Shown here: piece by piece, positions 58,184 through 64,000 of the stretch
Layout of the letters: each line of letters begins with the position of its first letter
Position numbering within the stretch: the first letter of the stretch is position 1
Assembly: GCA_963696385.1 (NCBI GenBank)
Contig: CAVOKF010000004.1
Location: forward strand, 928,001-992,000
Direction: 5' to 3'
DNA: 64,000 nt
From: an uncultured delta proteobacterium
GTDB lineage: Bacteria; Myxococcota_A; Polyangia; Polyangiales; Polyangiaceae
Notes under the pieces: generated by a model
Told to the model about the DNA's origin: nothing
The model's input: the letters and a program-made list of their open reading frames with translations, nothing else
Databases searched by the model: none
Made by a program: the position numbers and the translations under genes

Positions 58184-58264
58184 GCCGGCCTAAAGCCGGC
58201 CTAACGGAGGCGGCGCGAGCGAGCCGGTGCGGCAGATTCACGAATGCATCTACGACAACGGTCG

Positions 58265-58536
58265 CGACGACGATTTGCGGGATGGAATCGGTCGACAAGC
58301 TCCGCGCCAACCTGAAGATCGCACAGGGCTTCGAGGCGATGAGCGCGGACCGCATGCAGCAGCTGCGCGACCGATGCCGCTCGACGGCGGCCCACGGGCG
58401 TTTCGAGCTCTGCAAAGTGTCGCTCGCGTTCGACAATCCTGAGGCGCGCGAGGCGCACGGATTTCCAATCGATCCGACGCAGAAGGAAGTCAAGGAGCTG
58501 CTCGATCACTCAACCGGCGCGGACAAACCGCTCTGA
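58265..58536 (+). pseudogene. Aldo/keto reductase C-terminal remnant
   Basis: TTICGMESVDKLRANLKIAQGFEAMS...GRFELCK. Confidence 0.6.
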
Positions 58537-59493
58537 CGTACGCGAGGGCTTTGCGTTAGGCGGGTTGGCCCTCTTCACGTCCTTCGAAGCATTCGCAGCG
58601 CGCACGCCCTTCTTTTCTTCAATGCTCTTTTTCAAGAGCGACAACAGATCGACGACATTGGTTCGCTGCGGCCGGCGCCGAGGGGCAAGGTCGACTTTTC
58701 CGGTCGTTGCCTTCTTTTCGATGAGCGCGAGCAGCTCGTCACGATAGGTGTCCTTGTATTTGTCAGGCTCCCATTCTGCGCGCATCGATTCGACGAGGTC
58801 CTCGGCCATGGCGAGCTCGCGCGCAGTCGTCTTCGCCTGCGGGGGGGCCCCGTTGGACAAGCCTGCGCCACTCGCGGCGCGAAGCTCGTGAGCGAAGCGC
58901 AGTATCTCGAGGCGGAGCGTCTTCTTCTCTGGGTAAAGCGCGCATATTCTTTGCCGCGTCCGGAATACGAACATGCCGATCGCCGCCACTCGTTTCCTTT
59001 CGAGTGCATCGCAAAAGAGCGCGTACGCCTTTTCACCGTGCTTTCCAGGCGAAACGAAATAAGGCGTCTCGAAGAAGGCGGGTGAGATCGCGCTCAAGTC
59101 GACGAAGTCTTGAAGATCGATCGTCTGGGTCGCCTCGACGTTCGCCGCCTTGAAATCGTCGTCGTCGACGACCACGTACTGGCCTGGGGCGTATTCGTAC
59201 CCACGCACGATGTCTGCCCAGGCGACCGCTTTTCCTGTCGATGCGTTCACGCGTTCATATTTGATCGGCGATTGATCGTGCCTGTCGAGCTGGTGAAAGT
59301 GCAACTCACTTTGCTGCTCCGCCGTGTGCAACGTCACAGGGATTTGCAGGAGTCCGAAACTGATCGAGCCCGACCACAGCGCGCGTCTCGTCTCGCTTTC
59401 TGCCTTCCCCGTCGCGTCCCGCGATGCCGCTCCTTTCGCCCGGCGACCCGTCTTGGGGCGGGAACCGTTTTCTCGTGCCTGTTGGTCTGCCAT
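58510..59493 (-). CDS. ku: Non-homologous end-joining protein Ku
   Basis: RALWSGSISFGLLQIPV, IVRGYEY, YKDTYR, NVVDLLSLLKKS. Confidence 0.95.
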   Translation of the reverse strand: MADQQARENGSRPKTGRRAKGAASRDATGKAESETRRALWSGSISFGLLQIPVTLHTAEQQSELHFHQLDRHDQSPIKYERVNASTGKAVAWADIVRGYEYAPGQYVVVDDDDFKAANVEATQTIDLQDFVDLSAISPAFFETPYFVSPGKHGEKAYALFCDALERKRVAAIGMFVFRTRQRICALYPEKKTLRLEILRFAHELRAASGAGLSNGAPPQAKTTARELAMAEDLVESMRAEWEPDKYKDTYRDELLALIEKKATTGKVDLAPRRRPQRTNVVDLLSLLKKSIEEKKGVRAANASKDVKRANPPNAKPSRTSERFVRAG

Positions 59494-59859
59494 CGGAAGC
59501 GTCTCCTCGGGATTCCCTGGGTCATAGCGGGAGCATCTGCCGTTTCCCTCTTTTTTTAGCATGGTCACCGTTACGCGAATCGCATCAACAAGGATGAATG
59601 CGGCGAAAAGGGACAGATGAGGCATTTTTGAACACACCCCATTGGCCACGACATTCTCGACGTCAACGGGCACGCGTGCGACGGCTTATCCCACCAGGCG
59701 CCCTTGCCCCCGCGCACGCGGTTCGATGGGGCGGCACATTTGGAGCGACTCGTTCGCCGGCCGTTGGCGATGCCGCAAGACCCGGCGGGATGGGCCTGAC
59801 TGAAGAGTCGGCCTGAGTGCCGCGATCGTATCGGTCTTTTTTATGCTTTAGCGATCGTC

Positions 59860-60342
59860 GTGTGGCGAACGGCGACCGGCCTCTTGTTGACTTGCCCCCT
59901 CTTGGCGTGTGGCGGGTCCGTGCCTCATCCCCCGTATGCCACTCAAGCGACGGCCTCACTTACAGCGATTTCCTTGGGTCCTCCGCCAGGAAGAATCGAG
60001 GTCGTTCCGAAACGGCCTGCCCGAGCGGACGCGTGGGTCGACGGTGAATGGGTTCTGCGCCACGGACGCTGGTATTGGCTTCTGGGCCGCTGGGTTCAGA
60101 CACCGGTGGGCGCCCGATACGCGCCCTGGGTCGTGGTTCGCGCGTTGGATGGGACGCCTTTTTATGCACCCAGCTTCTGGCAGGACTCAAAGGGCAGGGC
60201 TTTGCCGCCGCCCCCTGCGTTGGCGTACGCGAAAGCCAACGGGCAGGCCGTATTCGACCCCGAAGGAGAAGCCGTGCCCACCGGACGGAACGTCGAGACG
60301 ATTCCCCAGCCCGCAGGCCCGAGTGACTCCTCGCCTCGATGA
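59860..60342 (+). CDS. Lipoprotein with YXWGXW-like repeat
   Basis: Lipobox LLAC, PPPGRIEVVP, WVDGEW, WYWLLGRW. Confidence 0.7.
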   Translation: MWRTATGLLLTCPLLACGGSVPHPPYATQATASLTAISLGPPPGRIEVVPKRPARADAWVDGEWVLRHGRWYWLLGRWVQTPVGARYAPWVVVRALDGTPFYAPSFWQDSKGRALPPPPALAYAKANGQAVFDPEGEAVPTGRNVETIPQPAGPSDSSPR

Positions 60343-60398
60343 TCCGCGACCTCGGCACGCGCGAGGCACTCGGTCGGCCCGCGACGGCATATTGTGGC

Positions 60399-60920
60399 TC
60401 AGCGCCGACCCTTTCGTTTGGATCGGGGGCACACGTTGTTGCAGGCGCCTCGCGGGTTCAGATTCTCAGGCCCGGCTCGCCGATTGGGCGAAGACGCGGC
60501 AAGGACCTTGCGGAGCTCGACCCTGTGGATGACCCACCGGCGAACCGGCACCGAGACGACCCAATGGACGAGGCTGAGCCCCGTGGAGCGAAGCGCCTCG
60601 GACCAAAACGAGGGTCGCTCCGATTGGAGCCCCCGACCGGGACGGCCCCAGAGGCTGACGATTCGCTGCCATCGGTCACGGCGGCGGCCCGCACGCGCCA
60701 TGGCGATGCTGTGGGCGGCGACTCCAACGACGGCAGTAGCGACCATGCCAACGGCGACGACCCCGCTGACGATCGCGATGTGACGCATGTGAAGTCGAAT
60801 CTGGTGGCCGATGTGGAGTGCGTCGTGTCGCCGCCTGTCGAGCTCTTCGACGGTGTGAAAGAGCTTCGCGCGGACTCGATTGGCCTCCCGGGCGAGGTCG
60901 TTGCGGGATTGATCCTTCAT
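60399..60920 (-). CDS. Membrane protein translationally coupled to the holin-like gene
   Basis: ATGA overlap; LAREANRVRAKL coiled coil followed by a TM segment. Confidence 0.6.
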   Translation of the reverse strand: MKDQSRNDLAREANRVRAKLFHTVEELDRRRHDALHIGHQIRLHMRHIAIVSGVVAVGMVATAVVGVAAHSIAMARAGRRRDRWQRIVSLWGRPGRGLQSERPSFWSEALRSTGLSLVHWVVSVPVRRWVIHRVELRKVLAASSPNRRAGPENLNPRGACNNVCPRSKRKGRR

Positions 60921-61321
60921 GCGAGTCGCTCCTTGAGCTCTTTGTAGTCGGACTCAAGTCGAGATCGAGTTGCGCCCAACGGGCGCTTCGGCAGCGCCTT
61001 CCATCCCACGATGCCCGCGGTGAGGGAAAGCAGCAGAAGGGTACTGCCCATGACGCACGCAGCCAGCCAGCTGACCGCGAATGCAAGTGCGACCATGACC
61101 AGGAACATCGTGACCGCCAGGACCCCGGTTATCGCCGCCAGTCCCAGAGCGATCCCGGCCATTTTCGCCTGAGCGATCTCTTCGCAAAGTTCCTCGCGTG
61201 CCAGTGCCACTTCCAGCTGCACGAGCTGGCGTGCCTCGTCGAGCGCCACACGGATCAGTTGAGTGGCGCGCTCTGCGTCGGGAGAAGCGGCAGCCGCTTG
61301 GTCTTCGATGTCATCGGTCAT
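60917..61321 (-). CDS. Phage-holin-superfamily-III-like (YqjE-type) membrane protein
   Basis: ARQLVQLEVALAREEL, two TMs, LESDYKELKE. Confidence 0.75.
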   Translation of the reverse strand: MTDDIEDQAAAASPDAERATQLIRVALDEARQLVQLEVALAREELCEEIAQAKMAGIALGLAAITGVLAVTMFLVMVALAFAVSWLAACVMGSTLLLLSLTAGIVGWKALPKRPLGATRSRLESDYKELKERLA

Positions 61322-61482
61322 TGGCCTCGCCTTTCGCTCGTGCCGTTCGGCCGCGCCGTCACGCGCGCGACCGAGCCACGGGGGTAGGGTCGATTTGTCG
61401 AATCGCATTCCGCCGATCCCTGAAGGTCGCGCCGGGGCGCGATCTCACTTGCGGAAAACGCGAATCGGCGCGCACCCCCGGC

Positions 61483-62073
61483 TCATCGCGTTGCTTGTTC
61501 ATCCGGATCCGTCGCAGTCAGGGCGGTCGAAGGTCGCACGCCCGTGGACTGCAAAGCATCGCTCGCGATCCGGAGCAACACGACACCGAACGCGATGAGC
61601 CCCAGGGCAATGAGCGCCCGGGCAATGACTACCGCCGCCGACACGGTTGGAGCCATCGACCCGTCGGAGGGAGCCGCGGTCAAGCCGATGGAGACCGCGA
61701 TCGCGACTGTGACGAGCGCGAGAGCCGCGCTCGACAACCTGATGGCGCACTGCAAACGACGCATCCCGTCCGACGCCGCCGCCCAACCGTTGGATGGAAG
61801 CGCCCGTCGCCAAAAACGCGCGCGCGGGGCCTCCGAATGGGGAGTCTCGGGCGCTCCACTTGAGATGGACGACGACGCGTTGGCCAGTGGCGGCGACGAC
61901 GAGGCCGAGCGCCCCGCGACGAGCGGCGGCGGTCGCGTAGAGACGGGGCCTTTCGGCGGAGGACGGGGAACCGGAGGAAGTCGGATGTTGAGCCGTTGTT
62001 CCTCGGCGAAACCACGGCGCGAGTCGGCGCCATGGGGCGGGTTCCTCGCCGAATCGATGGGGCCTTCGTTCAT
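61483..62073 (-). CDS. Hypothetical two-TM protein with Pro-rich N-terminus
   Basis: Two hydrophobic segments; promoter motif immediately upstream. Confidence 0.5.
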   Translation of the reverse strand: MNEGPIDSARNPPHGADSRRGFAEEQRLNIRLPPVPRPPPKGPVSTRPPPLVAGRSASSSPPLANASSSISSGAPETPHSEAPRARFWRRALPSNGWAAASDGMRRLQCAIRLSSAALALVTVAIAVSIGLTAAPSDGSMAPTVSAAVVIARALIALGLIAFGVVLLRIASDALQSTGVRPSTALTATDPDEQATR

Positions 62074-62087
62074 GCTCGGATTCAACA

Positions 62088-62102
62088 GCAATTGGCAGGC
62101 CA
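62088..62102 (-). promoter_or_regulatory. Sigma-54 -24/-12 promoter candidate
   Basis: TGGCCTGCCAATTGC. Confidence 0.55.
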
Positions 62103-62317
62103 AGCATGTACCGTCACGGGCTGACCGGCCCTCTCGGCGGTCCCCCCCTAAGCGTAAGCGCAGCCGTCGCTTGAGCCCGCTTTTTTTGCGGGGGGGCACC
62201 GATGCGCCACAGGCCACGAGGATCGACCATAGGCCGGCCGCCCTAGCCCGTTTCTTCTCGCGTCCGTCGGCAAACGGTCGAAGTCCTGGGTCTATCTCGA
62301 CCGTTCACGTGGGCTTA

Positions 62318-62332
62318 CGGCACGGGTGCTGC
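62318..62332 (+). promoter_or_regulatory. Sigma-54 -24/-12 promoter candidate
   Basis: CGGCACGGGTGCTGC upstream of DUF1328. Confidence 0.5.
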
Positions 62333-62370
62333 ACGTGCACTCTTCGAGTTCAAGAAAGGAAGAACTTGCC

Positions 62371-62535
62371 ATGTTGTACTGGGCTGCTGTGTTTTTCGTC
62401 ATCGCGATCGGCGCCGCGATTCTCGGTTTCGGAGGCCTCGCGGCGGGAGCCGCAAGCATCGCGAAAATCCTGTTCGTCGTGTTCCTGATCCTTACAGCCG
62501 TTTCCCTGCTCGTCGGGCGGCGGACGGTCGTCTGA
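62371..62535 (+). CDS. DUF1328/UPF0391 small membrane protein
   Basis: [41 protein letters not shown]. Confidence 0.9.
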   Translation: MLYWAAVFFVIAIGAAILGFGGLAAGAASIAKILFVVFLILTAVSLLVGRRTVV

Positions 62536-62773
62536 AGGAGAAGCCACCGTCGGCGGCGACATCCCGCACCTAACCGTTGAGAGACGGCCTGGTTGGAGCG
62601 AGGCGTTTGCCGTGGGAAGGACCGTGCGCAGGACGCGGTTTAGCTGGCGAGCGAGAACTTCGGCGCGCAAAGCTCCATGAGAAAGCGCGCGCATACCAAG
62701 TTCATCTTATCGGCGAAAAAGCGTTTTCCGTGCGATCGGCGAAGGCCCGTGACCGCCCGCCAATGGAGGACCG

Positions 62774-63052
62774 ATGGTCTCTGCAGATGACATTCTGGCC
62801 TGCACGGCGATAGGCGTCGCCGCCAGCCTCGGAGGGATGATATGGCCGTTTCGCCGAGGCTTGGTCGGCGTGTTGCTGAACGTCGTCGTGGCGGTCGCCG
62901 GCGCCCTAACCTTGGGTCTGCTGAGTGGTGCGTTGCTGCCTCGCCCCCAGGCGGGCACGACAAGCCTGCCCTTTGCCGCGCTCGGCGCGATCGTCGCCCT
63001 TCTGCTCGCCCACGCGCTATGGAATCGGCAGGTCCGCCAACCCGGAGGCTGA
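62774..63052 (+). CDS. GlsB/YeaQ/YmgE-like small membrane protein
   Basis: SD GGAGG; three TMs, LLNVVVAVAGA, AALGAIVALL. Confidence 0.6.
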   Translation: MVSADDILACTAIGVAASLGGMIWPFRRGLVGVLLNVVVAVAGALTLGLLSGALLPRPQAGTTSLPFAALGAIVALLLAHALWNRQVRQPGG

Positions 63053-63069
63053 GCGCTCCTCTCTCATCG

Positions 63070-63084
63070 CGGCACGCGTATTGC
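63070..63084 (+). promoter_or_regulatory. Sigma-54 -24/-12 promoter candidate
   Basis: CGGCACGCGTATTGC. Confidence 0.65.
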
Positions 63085-63097
63085 TCGCTGTGCGCGT

Positions 63098-63451
63098 ATG
63101 AATACCGCACAGGCAGAAAAGCGACCGAAGGATCCGCATTCAAACGGCCGCGCGCGCATCGACAGCCGCGAGTTTGCGCGGCGCGCCAAAGCCGCAGTCG
63201 CCCGATTGCCCTCGACTCTCGACAAGGAGATCCAGGAGAGCCCTTACACTGTGCTCGGCGCGGCGTTCGGCGTCGGAGCGGCAGTGGGCGTGTTGCTGAG
63301 CTCTCGAATCTTGCGAACCGTTCTCGCGAGTGCGGTGTCGTATGCGGCCATCGAGTTCGGGCGGTGGTACCTGGGCGATGCGTTGGAGTCGAGTTGGGGG
63401 GAGGTCGACTCGATTCGGGCAGCGATCGACGAGCGCCCTCGAGAACGCTGA
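63098..63451 (+). CDS. DUF883/ElaB-like membrane-anchored protein
   Basis: EIQESPYTVLGAAFGVGAAVGVLLS. Confidence 0.55.
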   Translation: MNTAQAEKRPKDPHSNGRARIDSREFARRAKAAVARLPSTLDKEIQESPYTVLGAAFGVGAAVGVLLSSRILRTVLASAVSYAAIEFGRWYLGDALESSWGEVDSIRAAIDERPRER

Positions 63452-63500
63452 CGGGCCTTATGGAAAAAGGCGGCCGTCTTTCTCAGCACGCGGCGGGTCC

Positions 63501-63850
63501 TCACAATCGCGTCTGGTGTTGGACGAGTTGGGCGTAGACGCCGCCGCGCGCGACGAGTTCGTCGTGCGTCCCAGCCTCAGCCCTTCGGCCACCGTCGACT
63601 ACGTCGATCCGGTCGGCGTTGCGCACGGTGGTCAGCCGATGAGCGATGATGAGGAAAGTCCGCGCCCGCATGACGGTCGCCAGGGCTCGCTGGACGATTG
63701 CCTCGCTCTGTGTCGAGTGCACTCGTGGCCTCGTCGAGAATGAGGACGGTCGGATTTTTGAGCAACGCGCGCGCGATCGACAGCCGCTGCTGCTGTCCGC
63801 CCGACAGGTTGACGCCCCGCTCTCCGATGCGAGTGGCAAGCCCGAATTGC
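63501..63850 (-). pseudogene. ABC exporter ATP-binding C-terminal fragment, frameshifted
   Basis: [38 protein letters not shown] / [12 protein letters not shown]. Confidence 0.8.
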
Positions 63851-64000
63851 GTAACGAGGAGATCGAAAGCGGACCGGGCTCGCCACGTGTCGCCAGATGG
63901 ATCGGAGGTTGCACATCCGGGTGGGTGTGGAGGAGGACCTCAAAAATCTCGACCGCCCGGGCGGGGCTGATGCCGCTCGCACGTCGCCACTCTCTGGTCC

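Noticed and set aside
58181..58204. AAGCCGGCCTA repeated twice
   Set aside because: Too short; probably a micro-duplication at a junction.
59521..59550. Sigma-54 motif upstream of ku
   Set aside because: GG-to-GC spacing is 11 rather than 10 and the -12 box is poor.
60917..61321. Prophage suggested by the holin-like gene
   Set aside because: This family occurs commonly as a chromosomal membrane gene, and no phage structural or lysis genes are nearby.

Overview
This is high-GC bacterial DNA. The Asp/Ala/Gly-rich lipoproteins and gene repertoire suggest Myxococcota, probably Polyangiaceae-like (inference). There is no rRNA, complete tRNA, CRISPR array or intact transposase/integrase. The left ~36 kb is a patchwork accessory region of intact single genes: FAD oxidase, GH15, zwf, isoamylase, SGNH esterase, DinB, HAD, DUF1993, CDGSH, methyltransferases, Lgt and glutaredoxin. 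These are interleaved with many gene fragments fused at deletion-like junctions (TEII, ClC, PemK-gnd chimera, EBP tail, H-NS tail, LLM monooxygenase tail, SIR2, VapC, EpsC). The same region holds the 3' half of a tRNA-fMet (a likely att scar) and an inverted duplication of a DGPF/YCII + ECF42-type sigma module, one copy decayed. The right ~28 kb is a general-stress-type island: DUF4142, DUF6496, CsbD, DUF3309, DUF1328, Ku, Gfo, Kup, a holin-like membrane pair and two divergent double-kinase hybrid sensors. The main unexplained structure is 12 sigma-54-like -24/-12 motifs (GG-N10-GC, a few deviant) placed just upstream of island genes, plus one at the far left. Several sit almost on top of the start codon, suggesting a sigma-54-driven general stress regulon. 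All family calls come from motif recognition by eye, not database searches. Several single-base frameshifts could be sequencing errors.
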